Shown here in pieces: positions 1-12,848 of a DNA stretch of 64,000 bases (position 1 is the first letter of the stretch; each line of letters opens with the position of its first letter). Below the pieces are notes generated by a model. The model did not search any database, was not told where the DNA came from, and saw nothing but the letters and a program-made list of their open reading frames with translations. The DNA comes from Amoebophrya sp. A120 (lineage: Eukaryota; Protista; Dinoflagellata): assembly GCA_905178155.1 (NCBI GenBank), contig CAJINV010000003.1:3379600-3443599 (forward strand), given 5' to 3'. A program made the position numbers and the translations under genes.

Positions 1-1584
1 CATACTCCTCTACTGTGTCGAAGTCGATGACTTTCAGCACGCCGCGCTTCTGAGTGTCCATCAGCACTACGTTTTCCAACTTGATATCTTTGTGTACCAA
101 AGACAAGGATTCGTAGTCCGATAACGCCCGCATACACTCGTACGCCACCTGACATTGTGATCATGTGTATGTTGACGTGTACTTATTTTGCAGCTGCCGA
201 TGCTGGGGTAAAAGCAGAAGGTAGAGCTAATATTACCGTGGCCAGAGTTGTATAGTCGTAGAGACAGCAGTTGTTTCATGTCAAAAATGTCAAAAAGTGA
301 GTACCTTTTTGACAAACAGCAACTTGATCCCTTCATCTTGCATTTTGACGTGGTGGATGAACTCGAAAAGATCCAATCCGTTGACAAGCTCCATTACCAC
401 GTAGTAAGCCGTCGCATCCTCGAACAGGTCGTAGAGGCCTATGGATATTAAATTTTGATTTTGCATTTATCATCTTCCTTGCTTGTGGCGAAAAGGATGC
501 ATGTGCAAGAGCGAGGACAACGACTTCGCTTCAGAAAGACTCTTTATTGAGACCGAACATGCAAACAAAAGCACAAGGGCATGATGTTGTAGCCGCTTCA
601 TCTATCAGATGAATGTGAAGCCGCGGAGCGCTTAGAGATTCAATACTCAAATAGAAGAGACTTTTCAATACCTGCTATGTGTTCTCCAAAGTGGTCTTGC
701 CAATTCAACAGGTTCTCCATGGACTGCTTCCACGTCGTTATGTCATTGCTATCCTTGAAGCTGACCAATTTCTCCCTTATTTTCACGACGATTTTAACGC
801 CGTCCTTGAGCCGGGTCCCGAAGTGAACTGCCTGTCCACGATGCGTTGACGGCATTACCTGAGAGTGACAGTAGTTGATGCTGTTGGGGAACCGAAACGG
901 CCCAATAAACAAAACTGATGAAGGTGATCATAAATTAAATTCAGCTGGAAAGAACCGCATCAAAGAAAAGCTAAAAATGCTGAAGATGTACGACAAACAA
1001 GACAACGAATTTGCACCAGATATGTAAGGTAGTTGTACTTCTAGTACCTCATCCAGTATTCGGTATTCCTTCGATACGTCTCTGAGCCAGCGACATTTTT
1101 TGTTCCCGCTATTGGCCGTGGAACTGGTGGACGCCAGGGACCCGTCTGATTTCTCTTTTTTCAGCTTTTGGCTGCTCATGTTGAAGTCTTCCGCAAACCC
1201 CAGGTCGTCGATGGTCAATTCGATCGGTGAACTGAACTTTATTTCCAGGTCGACGTCCGGACTAGCAGCGTTGTCTTTATTTTCCTTCGTAAAAACAGCG
1301 CAATCTGGAGGCCCTGCAACGAGTTCTGGTGAAGAACTCGACGCCGGGAAAAGATTCAAAGGCCCCCGTTTGAGACCACCGCTGCACTTCTTATTCGCAG
1401 CTGGTGCGAGGGCGGCGCCTGAAGAAGTTGAACTCGAGGTTGAAACTGCTGTGGTCGCGGTGGTGGTCGAGCCCGAGGAAGATTCACGAACGAGCTCCTT
1501 GAGCGACGAAAAAACGTACAAAAACAAGCTAGTGCTGCTGCTACTGCTCGCCGTCGAGAACGAAAACCTGCTTTTGCTGCTCAT
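1..1584 (-). CDS. Ser/Thr protein kinase (CAMK/CDPK-like catalytic domain), multi-exon, runs off the left edge
   Basis: Minus-strand exons translate to KEYRILDEV, KIVVKIREK (subdomain II), LYDLFEDATAYYVVMELVNGLDLFEFI (~300-438) and LVHKDIKLENVVL...LKVIDFDTVEEY (1-~130). The N-terminus is Ser/Thr-rich from the ATG at 1584. Confidence 0.85.
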
Positions 1585-2769
1585 TCACCGCCTGGCCACG
1601 CACGATTGTTCCGGGGACTGCTCTCGCTTCAATAGTACTGCAGGTAGTTTCTACAACCACACTTTCGTTGATGTTCTTCAGGCTCCACGGTTTTTCACAA
1701 GCAACATGCAACATACACGCGGTCGATAATGTGTCTGATATCAAACGAGCTGCTTAGAACGGTTCGGAAAAGTATCAGTATCTTCAAGGAGTGCGACTTC
1801 CTTGATCAAAATAAAGCAAGTTGCAGTAACTACCTCTTCTACTGCGACTGCCTCTGTATTATTTTACCTCAGTAATAATTTTTATTTTTAAGTTGGTTTT
1901 GGTCCGTACTTTTCTTCGATGCTATTTGAAATTGAAATCATTACACATTGAACATAAAGAAACAATCGGATTAGTGGTTTTGTCGACACTCGCTTTACTC
2001 TTTACAAGGCTATAGCTTCACTTCACAGACGAAATGACGAAAAATGTGAATACGACCGATTGTGAAGATACAGGAAACAACTACAGAAGACAAAAAATAC
2101 GGGGTCACTATGCAATTTTAGTTTATCTATATCTTCGAAGAACTTACTACATGCACACACACTGTTTTTCCGTTAATATTCAACGACCTGAAAGAGAATA
2201 GAGGGGTGCCGCGTGAAACCAGATCAAAGCATGTGTGAGAAAAACACTCAGGCTGCACACAAAAAAGAGACCGACAGAGAAGAAGATGGGATGAAAAAAA
2301 AAGTCCGAAAATGACAGCAAGCACGAAAAAACGAATTCAATTTAGATTTCGGATCCTTTCACTTTGACACAAAAAAGTGAGAAAAGGCTGCGCTCGCAAC
2401 TATATTAACGACGCAAAGATTGTCTTGCGTCTCGGTATTGAAAAAAAGGAAAAAAACGCGATCACGTTTTTTGTTTCAAGTGTGCCGGGATCAAATGAAC
2501 ACAAATGACGCCCGTGACAGACGCGGTTGGCGCGGAGATATCTGCTTCGTATCCATGTCCGATAGCTTCGATTTGCTTTATCTCTCCTCGGAGTCTGATT
2601 CACATTCAGTTATGATTTTCCTGTCCATGTTTCGGAATAAAGTGTTTGATTTTACTTGCTGCTTGTGGCCATGCAGTGACATCAAGAGTAGCACGACGCG
2701 GTGTTTGCATTTTTCCAGCGCGATTTTGAGCGTGCACGGACATAATTTCAGTTGCGTCGTGTATTCATC

Positions 2770-3028
2770 TATCAAGTGTAAAAATGTCTGGGTCTGGAAG
2801 AATGCGCGATTTGTCATGCTTCTCTGGCATGACTCTTAAACCTTAACCTGTCATGCAGGTTACCCAAGAGCCCCAATTTCCTGTCATGCAAAAACGCAGT
2901 TTGTCATGCAGAATAGGCAACACCTAGAAGCTCAGAAACTTGTCATGCTGAGCCAGCACTTATGGCTTCCTCACGATACGCCACCCAGCATCACAAGTTT
3001 CCAGACCCAGACATTTTTACATTTGATA
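2770..3028. mobile_element. TIR miniature element, family A1 (259 bp), just downstream of a stop codon
   Basis: Ends TATCAAGTGTAAAAATGTCTGGGTCTGGAA ... TTCCAGACCCAGACATTTTTACATTTGATA. TSD TCATC at 2765-2769 and 3029-3033. Interior closely matches 59190-59441 and the reverse complement of 27140-27394. Confidence 0.93.
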
Positions 3029-3047
3029 TCATCAAGTTTCGGCCTGC

Positions 3048-5717
3048 TCATGTGCCCGACGCAGTAGAGGTGGTGCCGCCGCCGCCGCCGGTGGTTGTGT
3101 AGGACGCGGTCGAGGTATGGAAGAGCACAACTCCCCCTCCTCCTCATTTGTACAGCATGACGGGCAACACAAGCATGAGCAAGAATGCCGGTTTTGCATG
3201 ACAAATTTACACTGGATTATAGTGCTACCTGGGCTACCAGAACTTGTCATGCAAACAGTGTCAAGAGGCAAAGGGTGGATTGGGTATTTTGCATGACAAA
3301 TGAGGGGGAGAAGGAGTTGTGTACTTTCATACGAGGTGGAGGGCAAGCGGGTCGCGCCAATGGAGATTCCCGGGATGTTGAAGCCGGCAGTATCAAAGTG
3401 AAAAAAGCCCCCACCCCATATCGGAAACGAAAGATGCGCGAATTTGTGATGCTGTATTTGAGGCGTGAGGCGGCAATGATCACACTTAGGGGAGGTGGAA
3501 CAGTCAGCAGCCCGAACTCATCGGTTTTGCCAGGTCCACAACCCCCTGGGGGTGAAATACGGGGGTGGCTCCGCGTGGCGGCGATCTAGGATCGCTACCT
3601 GGAAGAAGGAATGGGAGCCTCTTTTCAGAAGTACTCCACAAACCTAAGCCAACCACTGCCCCCGCAGTCACAAACTCACACCCGACATCGAGAACCGATG
3701 CGAGGGAGACCCCGGTAACCCTTCCCTGCGACCGAATACCGAGAGGGATAAGTGGACCCCTCAGTTTAGACGGAAGCAGAGGCATAGTCCCGGAGGGCAC
3801 AAAGTGTACGAATGCTCCCCCTAGTGAAAGCCGGGTCGTTTCAGCACTATGAAACAGGTGTACGATGCAGCACTAGTGTACGATGCTGTATTTGAGTACA
3901 CAAATCGACTTGTATTGCTAGAAGGCCAAGAGACGAAGTTGCGGCCTAAATTGCAGGCAATCTGTCATGCTGTTTCACACTTCCAGTTGCCTCCTGTCAT
4001 CCTGGGGCTGCAAGGCTTTCCCACGCTAGACAGCACTACTGTCCGCATCTTTTGCCTTCTAGCATCACAAAGCTGATTTGTGACCACAAATCTGCATGAC
4101 AGATTTCAGTTTTGATATGGGGAGGGGGCATTTTTCATTGTGATAGGCAGGGGCAGAGAGTTGCTGTGGTGCGGAGCTGGTGGATACGGCGGCTAAGGTA
4201 CCATTCGGCTGAAGCGCATACGTGGTTGTTGTCGACGTCGGGGTAGCTGTTGCTGGTGGCGCCATCGAGGACGCACCCCCCACGTGTGCTGCTGCACCGG
4301 TGGCGGGGGTGGTTGTAACTGTGGCTGCTCCTACTTGGTGCAAACCTTGCGGCGCTGATGCGGCAGAGGATGTGGTCGTTGGGAGGATACCACTCGGCGC
4401 AGTGGCGGCTATTACGCCCGGAGACACCACGACTGGGGGGTTACCAAGGGCCAGTGCCTGTTGCTGCTGGTGTTGGACTGTATGAGTTGCGAAGCTCTTA
4501 CGATTTTTAAAAATAAGAAGGGGACGATGCATCATGATCGATTTCCTGCAGCTACACCTATTGATTTATCATCAGGATCTAAATATCATCTGCTAGGAAG
4601 AATCTGAATCTCAACAATGCAGGATGGATTTTTTTTTCCACTTCTCCTCAAGAACAACGAAAAACGCACACTCGCGGTGATGACCTGCTACCTGCCAGCT
4701 GCATCGCTGCATATTGTTGCCGTAACGCCGCCTGCTGCATATCTGCGGGGCTCAGACTGTAACCGCCGGGGGACGCACCGTAGCCAAGGGGTGGTTGCCG
4801 CTGTCGAAACTCGCGGACTCGCTCTCCAATGTCACTAAAAACCTGCTGTAGACGCACCTGTTTTGTTTATAAAACATCGCTAGATCATGAGCGACAGCAA
4901 CGAGCTTTTTTTTCGGAATCAACCGACACTTCGTGTCTGTGAGAGAGAGGGTGCACCACCACTTCTAATGCAACAATTGAAAGAAAATCCGGTCCTTCCT
5001 CTGCCTCGTCTCATTCAAGTTCTCGTCTTCAAGACGAGTTGTATAGTACTTCTTTATGCATGGCAGTTTTGTAAATGTAAAACTCAGGACCTTGTGCCCG
5101 GGGAGCCACTTGACACTGTTGAAGGCCTCAATGTCTGCCAGCGTGTCTGTGGTAAGCGTTGCGAGGGTTTCCAGAGTATCGTAGCCGGCGTTTGTGAAGT
5201 GGGCCGAAATTTGCGTGGAGATTTTGTGGTGCTTGAAAAAGTGCACCACTTCCTGCCGCTCCTTTTCGAGCTCTGGATCGGCGTTCCAGATGCTTGCAAA
5301 CCCATGCAGATGCTTGCTGTAGTGCTTGCAGAGAAAGTCGACGATGAAGTGAATCGTGTTTTGGGGCTGTTTCTGTTCGATCTCCCGAGCGATGCGCTGA
5401 AAGAGAAGCTGCAGAGCGGAGTTGACGTTTTCCTTCATCTTCATCTTCTGGTACTCGTCGGAATTGGTGCGACCCCGCCGGGAGGCTGGCTCGATCTGGT
5501 GCTCGGCTTGTTCTACCGACGAAAAGTGCTGCACCGCAGGACCATTCCTGTGTGGTATAGGAAGTTTCAGAAAAGTTTCCTCCTGAAGGCGATCTGTAGT
5601 TGTACTTACGGGCATAGAACAAGATACATAGGTGGCAAAGATATCTGCGCGTGCGCACGGCACAAGGAGAGCGCACCATAGTCCTCGTACACGAGAAAAG
5701 GAAAAGTAAAAGACCAC
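3048..5717 (-). CDS. Protein with RIIa/Dpy-30-like dimerisation motif, a SAM-like helical domain and a low-complexity tail; multi-exon, 5' end uncertain
   Basis: VNSALQLLFQRIAREIEQKQPQNTIHFIVDFL resembles RIIa/Dpy-30; ISAHFTNAGYDTLETL...LPGHKV-RLQQ resembles SAM. GT-AG intron 5090..4858. Removing elements 3391-4145 and 3116-3331 (each with one TSD) gives ...LSAPAGFNIPGISIGATRLPSTSTASYTTTGGGGGTTSTASGT-stop at 3048-3050. Confidence 0.7.
3116..3331. mobile_element. TIR introner, family C (216 bp)
   Basis: Ends TATGGAAGAGCACAACTCCCCCTCCTCCTCATTTGT ... ACAAATGAGGGGGAGAAGGAGTTGTGTACTTTCATA. TSD CGAGG at 3111-3115 and 3332-3336. Removal leaves an open frame. Confidence 0.9.
3391..4145. mobile_element. 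TIR introner, family B (755 bp including a nested insertion)
   Basis: Ends TATCAAAGTGAAAAAAGCCCCCACCCCATATC ... GATATGGGGAGGGGGCATTTTTCATTGTGATA. TSD GGCAG at 3386-3390 and 4146-4150. Aligns with the reverse complement of 38971-39265 once 3463-3896 is removed. Confidence 0.92.
3463..3881. mobile_element. 419-bp nested insertion with a 15-bp TSD (SINE or truncated non-LTR retroelement-like)
   Basis: GATGCTGTATTTGAG at 3448-3462 and 3882-3896. The insert is absent at the homologous position of the 38971-39265 copy. The right end has repeated CAGCACTA..GTGTACGATG units. Confidence 0.8.
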
Positions 5718-8700
5718 GACTCATTTCTTCGAAAGTGGGTCGCGGTCTCGGTCTCTACCTAGCAAAAAAATAAGCAGATGACGGAAGAGGCAATCAAGAG
5801 CTTACCCTGCACTGACAGAGGAAGGGCTGTTGGGCTGTGTCACGTTGGTCTCCGCCTGGTATTCTCCAGCCATTTTCGTTCGCAAGGGATTATCGGTGCT
5901 TTCCGTCATGTTGTCCCCCTGGGACGAGTAAAAGAACTGCATTTCAATAGATTTTTGCCTCTCTTACCTTTTCAAACAGTGGTCGACGGCAAACGCAAAA
6001 ACAAAAGCATAAGCAAGTCGTAATGGTAACTGCTAGGCCCTCCTCCGGGAAGCAAAGGCGAGCAGAAACACGTCCACATGACGGGCACGGGAAGCTTAAA
6101 ACGGAAAACCAAAAGTCAAAAAAAGTGTGAAATGTTGATTTTTCGTTCGGGGAAATAAGCGAAAAAGAAATCTCACATCATACAGGAAAGTATGTAAACG
6201 TAAAGTCTAAAAGAGCTTTCAATATTGCAACTTTTGTATACACGATGTTGGTCGTAATCTATCAGGCCGAGAAACGAAAGAAGGACTAGAAGAGCAAGAG
6301 GTGGTGGACGAAGAAAACGTATATCAATCTTACAGAATTCTAGAAACAATACTAGCACTAGACATGAAGCCTTGACTGCGGAAGAGAAACGCGACCAACT
6401 TTTCTGGACCATTTATATTCTATCAATGGGTATTAAAGGGGCTCCTTACGTTGAGTACGATGGACGATAACCTTTAGGACCTGAGAAAAAGTTTGAACAT
6501 ACGCAAATGACACGACCAGAATAACAAGGTTAATCACTGAGTTGTTATTTTCACTCGTCTGCGTCAACAGTGAACCTCAGCATGTCAAGCAGCAAACGCG
6601 AGAACATCAATCGCAAGTGCAAGTAGGAGTAGCACACATCATCTCCCTCGATGCTGTTGGGTTGGAAAGATATATCAACGCTTCCATGACAATGATCAGG
6701 TTCGGAAGTCCCATGCAGTCTACGACTGATCATGTAGACTTCGCAAGAAAAAGCCGCTGTGCCCGAGTACCTCGGTAGGTTCGGCTGGTCTGTATCTTTG
6801 TCATCCGTATAATTTCGTCGCTGTGCTGTTCTTCTTTTTCGTCCAGAGACATCAGAAGAGAATCAGGAACTCAAAATTACAGAGGAGACCATGAAGCAGC
6901 GGCTGCAGAAGATACATACCGTTGGGGATGGCTCCTCCTAGTACTCCAGTCGTTCTCATCTAATAAGTAGAAATCAATTGTCGTGTAACAATTTGTTAAA
7001 TCCCTTGACGCACAATTTGTTCATCTTTAGACGGGAAACGCAAATTGTTCATCTTTAGAAGTTCTTCCGAAATTGCCGCTATGAAAACTTTACTTTGCAC
7101 TTTGAGAAAGAGATTGAGTTCTTAGTACATCCATGCTTCTATCATCATATCTATGAAGGTAATATCAATTTGATAAATATCCATCGGCGAATTGGCCCAC
7201 GCTGAATTAAAAGGGGGTGAAACAGACTAACTCTAACGTAATGCAATTGAAGAGCCTCAGCTTGAAACGCGAGCCCTGTAGTTTTTTTTTCGGAAGCTGC
7301 TGTTCTTGGTTAGAGTTGCCTCCATGCGTCGAAGTGATCTTTGTCGAGGGTTACTTCCACCGTCGTAGAGGAACGTATGGAGCCTCTTTTGTTTGGAGCG
7401 AGACGAGCGATAAAATAATGATATCACCGCGGAACAACTACTGAATAGCTGCTACGACAACTAAGCATATCAGTCGCAACAACTACGAGGGCTTCTAGTC
7501 TATTTAGCTGAGTAGGCCTGCTCTTCGTTTTCCAAGTGGTGCAAATATGTAGAGAGGGTGGTCACTATATGTACAACTTACACGACACCGACAGCAGACA
7601 CGAGCCATAGCTTCGATAAAATGTCGCCCCTGCTCCTCGTCAGTCGTGTGCGCAGTGCGATCGTAGCTGTGTTTTAGTACAGCCAGGTTTTTAGGAAAAT
7701 ATCAGAAACCCTAAGGGCTCAACATCAACCAAAAGCAGATCTGACGTGGCGGTTTGATGAGTTTGGTTGTGCCTTGCCCTCGCGCTTCTACAACGAAAGG
7801 TATTTTGCTGTTCTCATACACATGAAGAGAAACCAAGCAATGGTATTAGTTGGTTTGATGTTCGAGAAAAAAAATTCACCTTCCCGATAGATGTTCAGAA
7901 GCTGACATCGATTGGGTGCTAGTTGTAGCCATAAAAACAGCACAAGCTTGACGCTGACTTTTTTTTCTTGTCAGAGTTTCTCCGAGTTTCTTGCGGTTCT
8001 CTTCGTCTGATGTTGGTGTCTGAGCCTGTACTATCTGGCGCCCACATCTAACGACAGACTGTTTGTATAATTTTCTTTAGGCATGACGCATGTTTTGAAA
8101 AAAAACACTAGTCAGGCACAAAAAAAGCTGCTGCCGGTAAATTTTTAATACTTAGGTTTGCTTTAACATAACTTGTATACTTACTTCACCAGATCAAAAA
8201 GCAACTTCTTGACTTTTACACAAGAAGAAAATTTTTAAGCGGATTACAGTTAGGAGTATTGGTACACAATTCATGTGCACCTATCCTGTAATATCAGAAG
8301 CAAATCAAATTGATACAAAGTCAAAGCCATCGCTTTCGATCGTATATTTTTTTCGCGAGTATCCTACGTAGGACGTGAAACATTGATATTCATGCTGCCC
8401 TTGTTCTCATTTCTCGAGAAATCTAAAGGAGCGCCGATCAATTCGCAACAATGAATTTTCAGCAACAGGCCCTAAATTATTCGCGAGAGACGCGCGCTAT
8501 CTGAAGCGAATGCAGAGACAGAGCAAATACTCGAGTACTGAGTCGTCGTTCGTACAGATCTCAATAAAAACCATATCACAATCTGATGTTCAAGTACTTA
8601 ATTTGTTCGAGAGAGAGAGGAGGAGTGTGTTGAAACTGAAGTAGAAAAACAAAGAATCCTTGAATCGAAAAGCAAAAGAACCAATACGCGCAGTAGCAAG

Positions 8701-9609
8701 TATAATCAATAGAAGTATTTGATTGTAGCACAGACTACATTCTGAGCTCGTAAATCCTGTGACTAGATTTGTTGCTACTTATCAATCTTCATCTGTGTGT
8801 CTTGTTGTTTGCAACGCATCTAGTCATTTCAGAAATGACTGGAGCTATAGAGGAGCGTCGATCTGTACGACTGGACTGGCTAATATGAAGACACTATGAG
8901 GCCGAAGATGAAAATTAGTCAAAAATGGATACATCTCCCCTGTTTCTATGCGCATCGCGTCTCGGAGATCGTAAAGCCTCGCGAACCTCGCAACTAGTAC
9001 GCTAAAGTTGGTTCTCTTTGTATCCAACAATTTGACTTTTCCCGCTCGACACCATCACGCGGTGCTCCGTCCCCACAAAATGAATCAATTTAGAGTTTAT
9101 CATGATCTTAATCATACAAAGAGACACGACTGGCGTAATATCCAAAAATTTAAAAATCCCAATAGCTTCCTTTTCGTGTGGAAAAGCACTCCTGGAGGTT
9201 GCTTTTGTATGCTGGTATCTGGAAGGGCAACCGCCATCTGAGCGCGGTACCAGCAGAGAATAAAGTCATGGCGGCTTGTTCAGTAGCTCATTTGTTGCGT
9301 TCCATTGATACTGTTATTTTTTCGACCAGAATGAAACCCGCCCGCGATCGCTGCAGAATGCAAAGAACCTGCAGCGAGCTGGTGGAGCACTTTACTGGTG
9401 AGATAAACGAAAAGAGTTTAGATAGACGCTCTTTTGATTGAAATCGCGTACGTGTCACCGTAAGGTTGTAGTTTCTTTTCTGTAACAAGCGCAACCGTAA
9501 GAATTAACACTGCTCTATGTCGGCAGAGTATTTTTCCAATTCATCAGCAGTAAGAACTAACAAGTTTTTGTTTTTCCGACTCCGAGTTGCGCATTGCGAA
9601 TATAATTAT

Positions 9610-12600
9610 TCATGGACAACGCGTCGACCACGCGGCGTGTCGTGGTGCATTACCCAACACATCACCGCTACTGCAGGTCACGGTGCACGGATTGCCGAGT
9701 GATTGCTCCTGCAATTGCCCAGGAGCTCCTCTAGTGGCTTTATTCTGCTGGTCTTCCATTTTTCTGCTGCCAGAGTTCTTAGTATCGGCCCCCGCCGACC
9801 ACGCTTGCGTTTGCTCATAGTCTTGCAAAAATTCGACCAGACGCCGAGGGCCGTATTTGCGGGCATACTGCAGGGGCTGCATGCGGGGCAGGTTGGAATC
9901 TTGGTGCGGATGAAATGCGTGTAATGGATTCGCCTTGCGCTCCAACAGCAGCCTCAGCATCACGTAATTCTCCGCTTCCACAGCAATGCACCTGAGATGA
10001 AAAAGTCTAGTTTACAATCGATCAACATAAGTATCAACCTCAAGGATCATCATGATGCACTGTTTTAGCTGTGCTTTTTTCATCATTTGCTAGCTAGGCC
10101 ACTTATTCCTCGGGGAACTAGAACTCCGAGATGTTGCTTCACTGCACGACACAGGACGTCTGATATTGAGCGGGATAAATCGAGTCCAACAGGAGAAAAA
10201 TGAAATGCGAATGCCTACAGGCACAGGCGATAAACCAAAACCATTTTTGAAAATCATTAAACTGATTGAGTAAAAATTTATGCTGCTGCTTATGCTTTCT
10301 TACAGTGGGGTCCTTAGTAGGTGACGATCATGGAGCCCGGATGACTGCAGCTCGATATCGCAGCGCTTCACATCCAGCTCGTGCTCCGCGTAAATCTCCA
10401 TGTCACTGTCGGCAAAGGCACGGTCGTGCATATCCCTCCCCGCTGCTAGGTACATCAGTTTGCTCCACCCCGACGGGTCCATCTCCTTTTCGCCCGTCTC
10501 TAGGTATGTCCGGGTGACGAGCGCGGCCCGAGAGGAATGCTCCACGTGCGCATAGTCGCCCGGGAGCTCCCATATGTGCTCGCCTTCCTGTCGAGCGCAC
10601 GGAAGCCAGCCCATGCTCTGCAGCTTCCCTAGCAGATAAAATGCGCGGTCGTTTTCACACTCCTCATCGTTGCACGATGAATCTTCTTCACACGACGAAG
10701 GGACTGGAGTTGTAGAGGTGGTCGCGCTCGATTTTAATACAGCTGTAGTGGTCTGCTCGGTTTTTTCCTCAACGCTTTGGGTTTTTCCAGGTCCAGCAGC
10801 AGCAGGAGCTTGACCACTTCCTGTAGAAGTGTCGCAAGCAATACTAGTTTCTTTTTCTACCACCGAATAGCCCGCACCACTACACGACTGACGATGTTCA
10901 TCATGAGGGAAGTTTTCGTGGCCGAGAGGGTTCTTCTCGAAGAGGTTCTTTTCCTTTGCGGGTTTTTTCCTCGTGGTTAGCAATGCGTAATACGCTCGCC
11001 AGTTTGGCATCGCATGTAAACGCAGTCCCTGCACAAAGGCCTGCTCGCGTTCAAGAAACAACTGTGGCAAGCTCACGTCCTGCAGCTGAAGTTGAAGGTC
11101 GTCCTCACACTGAACAAGTTGTATCCCACAACCGCGCCCTTTTCTCACGACATCTTCCGCGTTTGATGTGTCCAAAGCTGACGGGCCTTCTGCGAGCGAC
11201 GGAGCCGCAGTTGCTTGGCGTAGTACAACTATGAATGTAGTCGCAGGCTCCGCCTGTTGTGTCGACGGGTGTTTATTTTCATCCACAACAAGGATCGCGT
11301 CCTCGCGTTCCCCTTCTCCGTCGCCAATAATTTCGCCTCTTCGTCGCGCAACATCATGCTTCGTCAAGGTGTTGGAGCGGACAAACTCCTCCTTTTGAAA
11401 GTCGAAAGTCTTCGTATTACAATGAAAAATGCCCCCACCCCCGAACTTGGGAGCATTTGTATTGCAAACCTTTCCAAATGAAACATTCGCCCTCTTGCAT
11501 CTATCAGCATCACAGGTTTCCAATCGTGAATGGCAAAGATTTGTATTGCAAAAGACCCGCGCAAGAGCGGCGCTTGTCATGCAAGCGATGCGATACACGA
11601 CTAGACTCTGCATCAGAAAGATTCATACTTGTTTCATGCATGACAAAACGTTTTCATTTGGAAACTTAGCATCACAAATTTTTGCAATTTCAGGGGTGGG
11701 GGGCACTTTTCCCTGTAATACTTCGAGAGATTTTTGGACTCGAAGAAGTCCCTGTCCTCCAGAGAGCGCGGAGACGGGAAGCAAGCGGATTTCATTCCTT
11801 CCAGGGGACTCATTTCCGCCGTAGTAGTTAAGACGCCGTGCTGTTGGCGAGCATTTTCATCATTTTCTATGAAGTTGAGCTGGAGCAGAGCCTTCGCTTC
11901 AACCTCGGGTTGATGTTCTTCGCATGATCGCCGCTTCTGGGCGGCAAGAGGCAGTGCAATGCCCTCGGATGTGAAGCTGCTCACAGGGCCGCCGGATGTG
12001 GTGGTTGAGCCGGGTGACCCAAGTTCTTCTAGTTGTACAGGCAGTTCTTGTAGTGCAAGAACTTGATCCTCAACATGTGGTACCAGTTGCGCAGCAGCTC
12101 CATCTGGTACCGAGTTACTAGGTGCGACAGCGGGGGACGAGGTCCTCGCGGTGTTGCAGTCGCAAGGAAAAGTTTTTTCTTGAAGAAGCGCGTCAACAGT
12201 AGTTTCTCCTGCGGTCGTCCCCGTCGCACAGCGGCCGCTCTTACCGTTGTACGACCCGTCTGGCGAAAATGCGAGGTGTAGTGGGTGACTCGGGAGTTGT
12301 TCGTCCTCTTCGTCGGATTCAGATGCTGGAGCTGCGGGCGGCGCTGTTTCCTCGGAGGAAGCTCCGCCGTATCTTCGAGGTAGCGTCGGGCTGTCAACGA
12401 CGCCGCTTCCCGCTTTGACACTCAACGTCGTGCCTTCATCCTCGGCCAGGCCGCTCTGAACGAGGTAAGCCTTTGTGCAACCCGTAGTTGAGGCCGTTTC
12501 CGGGCGAGAGGTGGACAACCGCGCAGGCGCAAGAAGATGGTGCTTGTCATGATTGATGTGTTCAAGATCAGGGCCCTGCTTTGCATCGCCTTCTCCATCA

Positions 12601-12848
12601 CGCGAGGTCGAGGCACATCGCCTGGTGGGCGACAAGCCAACCGGCGGGCTGGTCTCATTCTTTGCCTTTTTCTTCTTCGTGACGTTGGTGGAGGGTTTTC
12701 TTGTTGTGGCTGCGAAACGTCGCACGGCTGCATCATCAGCCTCTTTCTCTTGCCGAGCCCGGGATCTGTGTTGATTTTTGATGTGAGTAAAGGACTGTAC
12801 GAGAAAACATTCTTCAGCCATGATATTGCAAAAAACAGAGTTATACAC
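9610..12848 (-). CDS. Ankyrin-repeat-containing protein with a long disordered N-terminal region; multi-exon, may extend to 13331
   Basis: ORFs 11634..12848 and 10300..11613 join in frame across element 11415-11720 (ESKNLSK-TFDFQKEE). A GT-AG intron (~10303..9992) gives RTPL-CIAVEAENYVMLRLLLERKANP, followed by PLQYARKYGPRRLVEFL. Confidence 0.75.
11415..11720. mobile_element. TIR introner, family B-related (306 bp)
   Basis: Ends TATTACAATGAAAAATGCCCCCACCCC ... GGGGTGGGGGGCACTTTTCCCTGTAATA. TSD CTTCG at 11410-11414 and 11721-11725. Removal restores the frame. Confidence 0.92.

Noticed and set aside
2770-3028. Reading the elements as Tc1/mariner MITEs or ciliate-type IESs with TA duplication
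   Set aside because: The TA is part of the TIR. A separate variable 5-bp duplication lies outside it, and frame restoration needs element plus 5 nt.
3463-3881. Hammerhead ribozyme or group II intron identity for the nested insert
   Set aside because: No complete CUGANGA..GAAA core or domain V was found. The resemblance is limited to short motifs.
6100-9600. Short ORFs in an AT-rich stretch
   Set aside because: No recognisable motifs or consistent exon chain. Small exons may exist but cannot be supported.
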